NCBI GenBank assembly: GCA_964016885.1
Contig: CAXHJY010001105.1
Span: forward strand, 124,001 to 188,000
Origin: Eledone cirrhosa
Taxonomy: Eukaryota
Direction of reading: 5' to 3'
DNA length: 64,000 nucleotides
Part shown: positions 28,090 through 39,700 of the stretch, piece after piece
How the letters are laid out: each line of letters opens with the position of its first letter
Numbering within the stretch: position 1 is the stretch's first letter
Notes under the pieces: generated by a model
Databases searched by the model: none
Seen by the model: the letters and a program-made list of their open reading frames with translations, nothing else
Told to the model about the DNA's origin: nothing
Program-made: the position numbers and the translations under genes

Positions 28090-31000
28090 AGGGTTTGCTC
28101 CCTTCCGGACCCTCTTTGGGGTTTTGGGAGGATCTGCAACCGTTGTGCATCAATCCCACGTATCCCAGGATAGGTTGCAGGACCATTGCCAGTTTTTGCA
28201 GCATGAAATGGAGACTGCAATGACGGGTCTTTGGAGTAATATTACTTGGTAAAGTGTAGCCTGGAGATCAGAGACTCACTCCAGGTAGAACCTCTACTTC
28301 TCTGAATTGAGATATCACAACTCTGATACTACAGACATGTGGTTAGAATGTCTCAGGTAAGAATCTCTGGATTGAGAGACCACAGCTCTAATACTACAGG
28401 AATGTGGTTAGAATGTCTGAGGAAAGAATCTCTGAATTGAGAGATCACAGCTCTGATACTACAGACATGTGGTTAGAATGTCTCAGGAAAGAATCTCTGA
28501 ATTGAGAGATCACAGCTCTGATACTACAGACATGTGGTTAGAATGTCTCAGGAAAGAATCTCTGAATTGAAAGATCACAGCTCTGATACTACAGACATGT
28601 GGTTAGAATGTCTCAGGAAAGAATCTCTGAATTGAGAGATCACAGCTCTGATACTACAGACATGTGGTTAGAATGTCTGAGGAAAGAATCTCTGAATTGA
28701 GAGATCACAGCTCTGATACTACAGACATGTGGTTAGAATGTCTCAGGAAAGAATCTCTGAATTGAGAGATCACAGCTCTGATACTACAGATATGTGGTTA
28801 GAATGTCTCAGGAAAGAATCTCTGAATTGAGAGATCACAGCTCTGATACTACAGACATGTGGTTAGAATGTCTCAGGAAAGAATCTCTGAATTGAGAGAT
28901 CACAGCTCTGATACTACAGACATGTTGTTAGAATGTCTCAGGAAAGAATCTCTGAATTGAGAGATCACAGCTCTGATACTACAGACATGTGGTTAGAATG
29001 TCTCAGGAAAGAATCTCTGAATTGAGAGATCACAGCTCTGATACTACAGACATGTGGTTAGAATGTCTCAGGAAAGAATCTCTGAATTGAGAGATCACAG
29101 CTCTGATACTACAGATATGTGGTTAGAATGTCTCAGGAAAGAATCTCTGAATTGAGAGATCACAGCTCTGATACTACAGACATGTGGTTAGAATGTCTCA
29201 GGAAAGAATCTCTGAATTGAGAGATCACAGCTCTGATACTACAGACATGTGGTTAGAATGTCTCAGGAAAGAATCTCTGAATTGAGAGATCACAGCTCTG
29301 ATACTACAGACATGTGGTTAGAATGTCTCAGGAAAGAATCTCTGAATTGAGAGATCACAGCTCTGATACTACAGACATGTGGTTAGAATGTCTCAGGAAA
29401 GAATCTCTGAATTGAGAGATCACAGCTCTGATACTACAGACATGTGGTTAGAATGTCTGAGGAAAGAATCTCTGAATTGAGAGATCACAGCTCTGAAACT
29501 ACAGACATGTGGTTAGAATGTCTGAGGAAAGAATCTCTGAATTGAGAGATCACAGCTCTGATACTACAGACATGTGGTTAGAATGTCTGAGGAAAGAATC
29601 TCTGAATTGAGAGATCACAGCTCTGATACTACAGACATGTGGTTAGAATGTCTCAGGAAAGAATCTCTGAATTGAGAGATCACAGCTCTGATACTACAGA
29701 CATGTGGTTAGAATGTCTCAGGAAAGAATCTCTGAATTGAGAGATCACAGCTCTAATACTACAGATATGTGGTTAGAATATCTCAGGAAAGAATCTCTGA
29801 ATTGAGAGACCACAGCTCTGATACTACAGACATGTGGTTAGAATGTCTCAGGAAAGAATCTCTGAATTGAGAGATCACAGCTCTGATACTACAGACATGT
29901 GGTTAGAATGTCTCAGGAAAGAATCTCTGAATTGAGAGACCACAGATCTGATACTACAGACATGTGGTTAGAATGTCTCAGGAAAGAATCTCTGAATTGA
30001 GAGATCACAGCTCTGATACTACAGACATGTGGTTAGAATGTCTCAGGAAAGAATCTCTGAATTGAGAGATCACAGCTCTGATACTACAGACATGTGGTTA
30101 GAATGTCTCAGGAAAGAATCTTTGAATTGAGAGACCACAGCTCTGATACTACAGACATGTGGTTAGAATGTCTCAGGAAAGAATCTCTGAATTGAGAGAT
30201 CACAGCTCTGATACTACAGACATGTGGTTAGAATGTCTCAGGAAAGAATCTCTGAATTGAGAGACCACAGCTCTGATACTACAGACATGTGGTTAGAATG
30301 TCTCAGGAAAGAATCTCTGAATTGAGAGATCACAGCTCTGATACTACAGACATGTGGTCAGACTGTCTCAGGAGAGAATCTCTGGATTGAGAGATCACAG
30401 CTCTGATACTACAGACATGTGGTTAGAATGTCTCAGGAAAGAATTTCTGAATTGAGAGACCACAGCTCTGATACTACAGACATGTGGTTAGAATGTCTCA
30501 GGAAAGAATCTCTGAATTGAGAGACCACAGCTCTGATACTACAGACATGTGGTTAGAATGTCTCAGGAAAGAATCTCTGAATTGAGAGACCACAGCTCTG
30601 ATACTACAGACATGTGGTTAGAATGTCTCAGGAAAGAATCTCTGAATTGAGAGACCACAGCTCTGATACTACAGACATGTGGTTAGAATGTCTCAGGAAA
30701 GAATCTCTGAATTGAGAGATCACAGCTCTGATACTACAGACATGTGGTTAGAATGTCTCAGGAAAGAATCTCTGAATTGAGAGATCACAGCTCTGATACT
30801 ACAGACATGTGGTTAGAATGTCTCAGGAAAGAATCTCTGAATTGAGAGATCACAGCTCTGATACTACAGACATGTGGTTAGAATGTCTCAGGAAAGAATC
30901 TCTGGATGGAGAGATCACAGCTCTGATACTACAGACATGTGGTTAGAATGTCTCAGGAAAGAATCTCTGAATTGAGCGATCACAGCTCTGATACTACAGA

Positions 31001-31573
31001 CATGGGGTTAGAATGTCTGAGGAAAGAATCTCTGAATTGAGAGATCACAGCTCTGATACTACAGACATGTGGTTAGAATGTCTCAGGAAAGAATCTCTGG
31101 GTTGAGAGATCACAGCTCTGATACTACAGACATGTGGTTAGAATGTCTGAGGAAAGAATCTCTGGGTTGAGAGATCACAGCTCTGATACTACAGACATGT
31201 GGTTAGAATGTCTCAGGAAAGAATCTCTGGGTTGAGAGATCACAGCTCTGATACTACAGACATGTGGTTAGAATGTCTCAGGAAAGAATCTCTGGGTTGA
31301 GAGATCACAGCTCTGATACTACAGACATGTGGTTAGAATGTCACAGGAAAGAATCTCTGGACAGATTTTACAGGCAAAAACCAACCAACAAGAGACCCAG
31401 GGGTAGACCCCGAGCAAGATGGTTGGATAACATCCATGAGCTTGGCTGGTCTCGCTTGGGTGATTCAGCCGGATCAGTTGGAGACCGTTGTTTCTGACAG
31501 GACCCGCTGGAGGGAGTGTTTGAGGACCCTGCCTCCACATCCCTCTCAGGAATAAGTGGGAGAAGAAAAGAAG
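28090..31573 (+). mobile_element. Degenerate, internally deleted RTE-clade LINE remnant carrying the 65-bp array, with a 12-bp TSD
   Basis: With frameshifts and stops, the flanks translate as RVFGVILLGKV..LEIRDSLQVEPLLL*IEISQL*YYRHVVRMSQ on the left and ..QILQAKPTNKRPRGRPRARWLDNIHELGWSRLG..DRTRWRECL on the right, typical of the RTE RT C-terminus. AGA-rich tail. AGGATTCTAAGG is duplicated at 28078-28089 and 31574-31585. Confidence 0.8.
28299..31360. repeat. 65-bp tandem array (~47 copies), GAGATCACAGCTCTGATACTACAGACATGTGGTTAGAATGTCTCAGGAAAGAATCTCTGAATTGA
   Basis: Period of 65 read directly (e.g. GAGATCACAG at 28441, 28506 and 29221 = 28441 + 12x65). Confidence 0.97.
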
Positions 31574-31930
31574 AGGATTCTAAGGTGGGTGTTGGAAAGT
31601 TGAAAGCGGAATGACCCAAAGGGCTAGAGAAGCTAGGAGTTACCATCAAGGTGGGATTGGCTGATGGCTGTTTCTGTAGCTTGTTGATATCTGTCATAGC
31701 TGCTCTTGCACATGATCCACATTACAGGTGCAATGCGTCGGAACTCGGAAGAGCCGAACTCCCACTGTCATCAGCTCCATCTCTCTCGCCCTCCCCATCT
31801 CTCTGTATGGTGAGCAATTGGGGTCCCACGTGCTGGCCTCCCCACAGCCCCAGCAGACAGAATGGAGAAGATGGTAAGGGAGATGCGCTGGAAGAGCCAT
31901 TCCAGCTCGTGAGGCTCACACCTGCGGCTG

Positions 31931-34213
31931 GCCAGCTCAGTGCCTATGGTGGTGAGTAGGGAGGTAGCCCTAGGGCCAAGGACACCACAAGTCTCCACTG
32001 CTAGGGGTAGCCACCTCAGCGCCTATGGTGGTGAGTAGGGAGGTAGCCCTAGGGCCAAGGACACCACAAGTCTCCACTGCTAGGGGTAGCCAGGTCTGTA
32101 CCTATGGTGGTGAGTAGGGAGGTAGCCCTAGGGCCTAGCACACCACAAGTCTCCACTGCTAGGGGTAGCCAGCTCAGTGCCTATGGTGGTGAGTAGGGAG
32201 GTAGCCCTAGAGCCTAGCACACCACAAGTCTCCACTGCTAGGGGTAGCCACCTCAGCGCCTATGGTGGTGAGTAGGGAGGTAGCCCTAGAGCCTAGCACA
32301 CCACAAGTCTCCACTGCTAGGGGTAGCCACCTCAGCGCCTATGGTGGTGAGTAGGGAGGTAGCCCTAGAGCCTAGCACACCACAAGTCTCCACTGCTAGG
32401 GGTAGCCACCTCAGCGCCTATGGTGGTGAGTAGGGAGGTAGCCCTAGAGCCTAGCACACCACAAGTCTCCACTGCTAGGGGTAGCCAGGTCTGTACCTAT
32501 GGTGGTGAGTAGGGAGGTAGCCCTAGGGCCTAGCACACCACAAGTCTCCACTGCTAGGGGTAGCCAGCTCAGTGCCTATGGTGGTGAGTAGGGAGGTAGC
32601 CCTAGAGCCTAGCACACCACAAGTCTCCACTGCTAGGGGTAGCCAGCTCAGTGCCTATGGTGGTGAGTAAGGAGGTAGCCCTAGGGCCTAGCACACCACA
32701 AGTCTCCACTGCTAGGGGTAGCCAGCTCAGCACCTATGGTGGTGAGTAAGGAGGTAGCCTTAGGGCCTAGCACACCACAAGTCTCCACTGCTAGGGGTAG
32801 CCAGCTCAGTGCCTATGGTGGTGAGTAGGGAGGTAGCCCTAGGGCCTAGCACACCACAAGTCTCCACTGCTACAGGTAGCCAGGTCTGTACCTATGGTGG
32901 TGAGTAGGGAGGTAGCCCTGGGGCCTAGCACACCACAAGTCTCCACTGCTAGGGGTAGCCACCTCAGCGCCTATGGTGGTGAGTAGGGAGGTAGCCCTAG
33001 AGCCTAGCACACCACAAGTCTCCACTGCTAGGGGTAGCCACCTCAGCGCCTATGGTGGTAAGTAGGGAGGTAGCCCTAGAGCCTAGCACACCACAAGTCT
33101 CCACTGCTAGGGGTAGCCAGGTCTGTACCTATGGTGGTAAGTAGGGAGGTAGCCCTAGAGCCTAGCACACCACAAGTCTCCACTGCTAGGGGTAGCCAGG
33201 TCTGTACCTATGGTGGTAAGTAGGGAGGTAGCCCTAGAGCCTAGCACACCACAAGTCTCCACTGCTAGGGGTAGCTAGGTCTGTGCCTATGGTGGTAAGT
33301 AGGGAGGTAGCCCTAGGGCCAAGGACAGCAGAAGTCTCCACTGCTACAGGTAGCTAGGTCTGTGCCTATGGTGGTAAGTAGGGAGGTAGCCCTAGGGCCA
33401 AGGACAGCAGAAGTCTCCACTGCTACAGGTAGCCAGCTCAGCGCCTATGGTGGTGAGTAGGGAGGTAGCCCTAGAGCCTAGCACACCACAAGTCTCCACT
33501 GCTAGGGGTAGCCAGGTCTGTACCTATGGTGGTGAGTAGGGAGGTAGCCCTAGGGCCAAGGACACCACAAGTCTCCACTGCTACAGGTAGCCAGGTCTGT
33601 ACCTATGGTGGTGAGTAGGGAGGTAGCCCTAGAGCCTAGCACACCACAAGTCTCCACTGCTAGGGGTAGCCAGGTCTGTACCTATGGTGGTGAGTAGGGA
33701 GGTAGCCCTAGAGCCTAGCACACCACAAGTCTCCACTGCTAGGGGTAGCCAGGTCTGTACCTATGGTGGTGAGTAGGGAGGTAGCCCTAGAGCCTAGCAC
33801 ACCACAAGTCTCCACTGCTACAGGTAGCCAACTCAGCGTCTATGGTGGTGAGTAGGGAGGTAACCCTAGGGTCAAGGACACCAGAAGTCTCCACTGCTAG
33901 GGGTAGCCAGGTCTGTACCTATGGTGGTAAGTAGGGAGGTAGCCCTAGAGCCTAGCACACCACAAGTCTCCACTGCTAGGGGTAGCTAGGTCTGTGCCTA
34001 TGGTGGTAAGTAGGGAGGTAGCCCTAGGGCCAAGGACAGCAGAAGTCTCCACTGCTACAGGTAGCCAACTCAGCGTCTATGGTGGTGAGTAGGGAGGTAA
34101 CCCTAGGGTCAAGGACACCAGAAGTCTCCACTGCTTGGGGTAGCCAGGTCTGTACCTATGGTGGTAAGTAGGGAGGTAGCCCTAGGGCCAAGGACACCAG
34201 AAGTCTCCACTGC
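31931..34213. repeat. 79-bp GC-rich minisatellite (~29 copies)
   Basis: CCTATGGT at 31943 and 32022 (period 79). Unit GCCAGCTCAGTGCCTATGGTGGTGAGTAGGGAGGTAGCCCTAGGGCCAAGGACACCACAAGTCTCCACTGCTAGGGGTA, with block variants. Confidence 0.96.
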
Positions 34214-34735
34214 CAAGGGCACGACCGCAAACCTGTCAAAGAGCGATCGGTACTTGGAGACAGGGACCTCATTTGCCTTAAAACTGTGAGGGGGGACAAA
34301 CCAGCATTTGTTGGTCCTTAAAGGGGCTTGTTAGTATTGTTTAAGGTGCCTTTCCCGGACCCTATCACATAAGTAAAATTTTACACTAATTAAATTTTAT
34401 ATATTCAAAGGAAGTTCGGATATAAAAAAATAAACTTAAAAAGAATTTATTATATCAAATAAACAAAAAATAAAACATAGACGTTTGGAAAAGTTGGGTG
34501 GGGTGGGGGGGGGGATGTTCCCTGGTAACCCCTGAAAAAAAGCCCTTGCCTGGGGAGATGGGATTGTTGTAGAAAACAGCCTAGCTAGGGACAGCAAGGA
34601 TTGTAAGAAGGGTGTTGGAGAGTTGAAGGAGAAGGGATGACCCCCCCCCCCAAAAAAAAAGGACCTTTGGACACTGGTTCCAGCCCTCTTTTGGTGTAGT
34701 GTCGGTAGAGCATCTGTCAGGACAAAAGTGTTATG

Positions 34736-34880
34736 AATAATAATAATAATAATAATAAATGTTTCTACTTTAGGCACAAGGCCAGCAATTACCCCAGTGT
34801 ATTACTGGTACTTTATTTTATCAACCCCCGTACGGATGAAAGGCAAAGTTAACCTCGGACCGTAAAGGGCCGTAACTCTT
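34736..34880 (-). mobile_element. Truncated, internally deleted tRNA-SINE copy with (TTA)n tail
   Basis: Homologous to the adjacent copy (TTTCTAC..TAGGCACAAGGCCAGCAATT, ACTGGTACTTTATTTTATC, GGATGAAAGGCAAAG). (AAT)n on the plus strand at its 3' end. Confidence 0.7.
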
Positions 34881-34900
34881 TGCTTAAAGGGCTGCAATAA

Positions 34901-35115
34901 TTTCTACTATAGGCACAAGGCCAGCAATTTGGGGCAAGGGGAAATTCGATTAAATCGACTCCAGTGCGTGACTGGTACTTTATTTTATCGACCCCCCCCC
35001 CCCCCGTAAGGATGAAAGGCAAAGCTAACATCGGCGGGATTTGAACTCAGAACGTAAAGGGCCGTAACTCTATGCTACAAAGCATGGCGTCCGACCCTCT
35101 ACCGATTCTGCCAAT
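34901..35115 (-). mobile_element. tRNA-derived SINE with Pol III A and B boxes
   Basis: Minus strand has an A-box-like TGGCAGAATCGG (35113-35102) and a B-box GAGTTCAAATCC (35048-35037), then GCCTTTCATCC..GTCGATAAAATAAAGTACCAGT (CORE-like, recalled from cephalopod SINEs). Confidence 0.8.
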
Positions 35116-35385
35116 CTAATAATAATAAAGATGATAATACTGACGGCATTTGTTCAAGCACCAGGAGGAGGTCACTGTTAGGGAGTTCCTTGTTGCGCTG
35201 AAATTTGTTGTAGTCAAGAACCATCCATTGGTTATTGTAGCTGGTTAATAATAATAGTAATTTCTTTAATGACTACAAAGGGTTTACATTAAGGAAAACA
35301 TTATGACAGTACGAGATGGAAACATAGAGTGTGTGAATGTGTCGGTGAGGGTTTGCATGTAAACAAATTTCTACATTTATGTATA

Positions 35386-36693
35386 CAGGGTGTGGAGTAT
35401 ATTTGTTCGTAATTTTCAACTGCTAATTTTATGCAAATTTCTTTTACTTCCGTTGTCACTCTTGTCTTCATAAACACAGTGACTATATTTCCATTATTTA
35501 TTTTCCGAATAATTGAATATGAATAATTTTGAACCTCAAAAATTTGTGGAAGAGACACGGAGTTCTTCTTGAAATCCGCGCCGGGAGGACAAATAAGGAA
35601 ATTTCAGACTTTCTCAGCATCAGCAGGAGAATGGTGGAAAAGGTCAGAAAGGAATTGGAAGATTCAGGATTCGACTACGAAGCAACATCAGAGAGGAAAA
35701 CACATGATCGACGATCTGACGCCTTCAGAACGCCCAAGTTCGTCGCTGAAGTTCAGGATATCATCAACAATGAACCTAGCAAGTTGATGCGTGCCATTGC
35801 AAGGGAGAAAGGCATGGATGAAAAGCTCATTAGGCTGGTGGTACATGAAGACATTCGCTATGTTTCATACAAGATGAGGAAAGGACAATTTCTGTCAAAG
35901 GCGATGCAAGAAAAGCGACTGAAGCACGCAAAGAAGCTGATCAACAAGTTGAAACACCCACTGGAGCCAGACATGCTGTGGTTTTTCTCCGTCAAGAAAA
36001 ACTTCTGCCAAGACCAGAAGGTCAACTCCCAGAACAACAGGTGGCTCGCTGTCTCATCCAAAGACGTGCCCAGAGTCATGCAGACAAAGTTTCCAGCGAC
36101 AACATTGGTCTTAGGTGACGTCAGCAGTCAAGGTGACGTCATGCCACCTCACTTCTTCCCTGAGGGCCTCAAGCTGAACACCGATGGCTACATCCACGTT
36201 CTGAGAGAGGTAGTAAAGCCCTGAATCGACCAGGTAGCTGCAGGTAGGCCGTACGTGTGGCAGCAAGACTCAGCGCCCTGCCATACCAGCCGAAAGACCC
36301 AAGCCTTGCTGTCAGAGAACTTCGTCGACCACACTTCATCTGACATCTGGCCTCCCAGCTCGCCTGACTGCAACCCCCTCGACTTCTTTGTGTGGGGCGC
36401 AGTAGAATGAGACACCAACAGATCTAGCTGCAATACGAAAGACGATCTGAAGGCCAGGATCACAAGTGCCTTTAGGGGCCTAAGTTGGGGGACAGTGTCG
36501 AAGGCCTGTAGCTGGTTCCAAGGCCGCCTTGAGGCCATCATCAAAGCCAATGGCGGGTTTATGGAGTGAGATCGAAGGAACAAGTCATGAAGTCAAACTG
36601 ACCCAAGTTTGAGAAATATATCTTAAAAAATAAAACTACTGCGTTATTTTTTCCTAGACAGTAATCTTGCGAACAAATATCGTCCGCACCCTG
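35386..36693 (+). mobile_element. Tc1/mariner superfamily DNA transposon, DD37D (maT) type, full length but inactive
   Basis: 27-bp TIRs: CAGGGTGTGGAGTATATTTGTTCGTAA and (reverse complement) CAGGGTGCGGACGATATTTGTTCGCAA, 4 mismatches. TA TSDs at 35384-35385 and 36694-36695. About 1.3 kb. Confidence 0.93.
35529..36569 (+). pseudogene. DD37D transposase pseudogene
   Basis: HTH-like N-terminus; WFFSVKKNF (first catalytic D apparently lost, cf. FSDEK); in-frame stops at 36222-36224 and 36408-36410. Read-through gives WQQDSAPCH...WPPSSPDCNPLDFFVWG with 37 residues between the 2nd and 3rd Asp, ending IIKANGGFME*. Confidence 0.92.
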
Positions 36694-36749
36694 TATGTTG
36701 GCTGTCCTGGCTGGCGCCCGGCTACCATTGGCATGTTCTCTATATATAC

Positions 36750-39700
36750 ACTAGTATATATAGAGTAATGTAACTGTTATGTGAGATATTATGTGAGGTA
36801 AAGCCTTTACTGTGAAAATACACTAGTATATATAGAGTAATGTAACTGTTATGTGAGGTATTATGTGAGGTAAAGCCTTTACTGTGACAATACAATAGTA
36901 TATATAGAGTAATGTAAATGTTATGTGAGGTAAAGCCTTTACTGTGAAAATACAATAGTATATATAGAGTAATGTAAATGTTATGTGAGATATTATGTGA
37001 GGTAAAGCCTTTACTGTGACAATACAATAGTATATATAGAGTAATGTAAATGTTATGTGAGATATTATGTGAGGTAAAGCCTTTACTGTGAAAATACAAT
37101 AGTATATATAGAGTAATGTAAATGTTATGTGAGATATTATGTGAGGTAAAGCCTTTACTGTGAAAATACAATAGTATATATAGAGTAATGTAAATGTTAT
37201 GTGAGATATTATGTGAGGTAAAGCCTTTACTGTGACAATACACTAGTATATATAGAGTAATGTAAATGTTATGTGAGGTAAAGCCTTTACTGTGAAAATA
37301 CAATAGTATATATAGAGTAATGTAAATGTTATGTGAGGTAAAGCCTTTACTGTGAAAATACAATAGTATATATAGAGTAATGTAAATGTTATGTGAGGTA
37401 AAGCCTTTACTGTGAAAATACAATAGTATATATAGAGTAATGTAAATGTTATGTGAGATATTATGTGAGGTAAAGCCTTTACTGTGACAATACACTAGTA
37501 TATATAGAGTAATGTAACTGTTATGTGAGGTATTATGTGAGGTAAAGCCTTTACTGTGAAAATACAATAGTATATATAGAGTAATGTAAATGTTATGTGA
37601 GGTAAAGCCTTTACTGTGAAAATACAATAGTATATATAGAGTAATGTAAATGTTATGTGAGATATTATGTGAGGTAAAGCCTTTACTGTGACAATACAAT
37701 AGTATATATAGAGTAATGTAAATGTTATGTGAGATATTATGTGAGGTAAAGCCTCTACTGTGACAATACAATAGTATATATAGAGTAATGTAAATGTTAT
37801 GTGAGATATTATGTGAGGTAAAGCCTTTACTGTGACAATACAATAGTATATATAGAGTAATGTAAATGTTATGTGAGATATTATGTGAGGTAAAGCCTTT
37901 ACTGTGACAATACAATAGTATATATAGAGTAATGTAAATGTTATGTGAGATATTATGTGAGGTAAAGCCTTTACTGTGAAAATACAATAGTATATATAGA
38001 GTAATGTAAATGTTATGTGAGGTATTATGTGAGGTAAAGCCTTTACTGTGAAAATACAATAGTATATATAGAGTAATGTAAATGTTATGTGAGGTATTAT
38101 GTGAGGTAAAGCCTTTACTGTGACAATACAATAGTATATATAGAGTAATGTAACTGTTATGTGAGATATTATGTGAGGTAAAGCCTTTACTGTGACAATA
38201 CAATAGTATATATAGAGTAATGTAAATGTTATGTGAGATATTATGTGAGGTAAAGCCTTTACTGTGACAATACAATAGTATATATAGAGTAATGTAAATG
38301 TTATGTGAGATATTATGTGAGGTAAAGCCTTTACTGTGACAATACAATAGTATATATAGAGTAATGTAAATGTTATGCGAGATATTATGTGAGGTAAAGC
38401 CTTTACTGTGAAAATACACTAGTATATATAGAGTAATGTAACTGTTATGTGAGGTATTATGTGAGGTAAAGCCTTTACTGTGACAATACAATAGTATATA
38501 TAGAGTAATGTAAATGTTATGTGAGGTAAAGCCTTTACTGTGAAAATACAATAGTATATATAGAGTAATGTAAATGTTATGTGAGATATTATGTGAGGTA
38601 AAGCCTTTACTGTGACAATACAATAGTATATATAGAGTAATGTAAATGTTATGTGAGATATTATGTGAGGTAAAGCCTTTACTGTGAAAATACAATAGTA
38701 TATATAGAGTAATGTAAATGTTATGTGAGATATTATGTGAGGTAAAGCCTTTACTGTGAAAATACAATAGTATATATAGAGTAATGTAAATGTTATGTGA
38801 GATATTATGTGAGGTAAAGCCTTTACTGTGACAATACACTAGTATATATAGAGTAATGTAAATGTTATGTGAGGTAAAGCCTTTACTGTGAAAATACAAT
38901 AGTATATATAGAGTAATGTAAATGTTATGTGAGGTAAAGCCTTTACTGTGAAAATACAATAGTATATATAGAGTAATGTAAATGTTATGTGAGGTAAAGC
39001 CTTTACTGTGAAAATACAATAGTATATATAGAGTAATGTAAATGTTATGTGAGATATTATGTGAGGTAAAGCCTTTACTGTGACAATACACTAGTATATA
39101 TAGAGTAATGTAACTGTTATGTGAGGTATTATGTGAGGTAAAGCCTTTACTGTGAAAATACAATAGTATATATAGAGTAATGTAAATGTTATGTGAGGTA
39201 AAGCCTTTACTGTGAAAATACAATAGTATATATAGAGTAATGTAAATGTTATGTGAGATATTATGTGAGGTAAAGCCTTTACTGTGACAATACAATAGTA
39301 TATATAGAGTAATGTAAATGTTATGTGAGATATTATGTGAGGTAAAGCCTCTACTGTGACAATACAATAGTATATATAGAGTAATGTAAATGTTATGTGA
39401 GATATTATGTGAGGTAAAGCCTTTACTGTGACAATACAATAGTATATATAGAGTAATGTAAATGTTATGTGAGATATTATGTGAGGTAAAGCCTTTACTG
39501 TGACAATACAATAGTATATATAGAGTAATGTAAATGTTATGTGAGATATTATGTGAGGTAAAGCCTTTACTGTGAAAATACAATAGTATATATAGAGTAA
39601 TGTAAATGTTATGTGAGGTATTATGTGAGGTAAAGCCTTTACTGTGAAAATACAATAGTATATATAGAGTAATGTAAATGTTATGTGAGGTATTATGTGA

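Noticed and set aside
28299-34213. CRISPR-like appearance of the regular 65- and 79-bp repeats
   Set aside because: No unique spacers, no cas genes, and a eukaryotic context.
34596-34627. Similarity of AAGGATTGTAAGAAGGGTGTTGGAGAGTTGAA to 31574-31604
   Set aside because: Short and degenerate. Probably an old repeat fragment that cannot be assigned without a search.
35030-35115. tRNA gene
   Set aside because: A and B boxes are present but no cloverleaf is evident, and the sequence continues into a SINE body found three times in the window.
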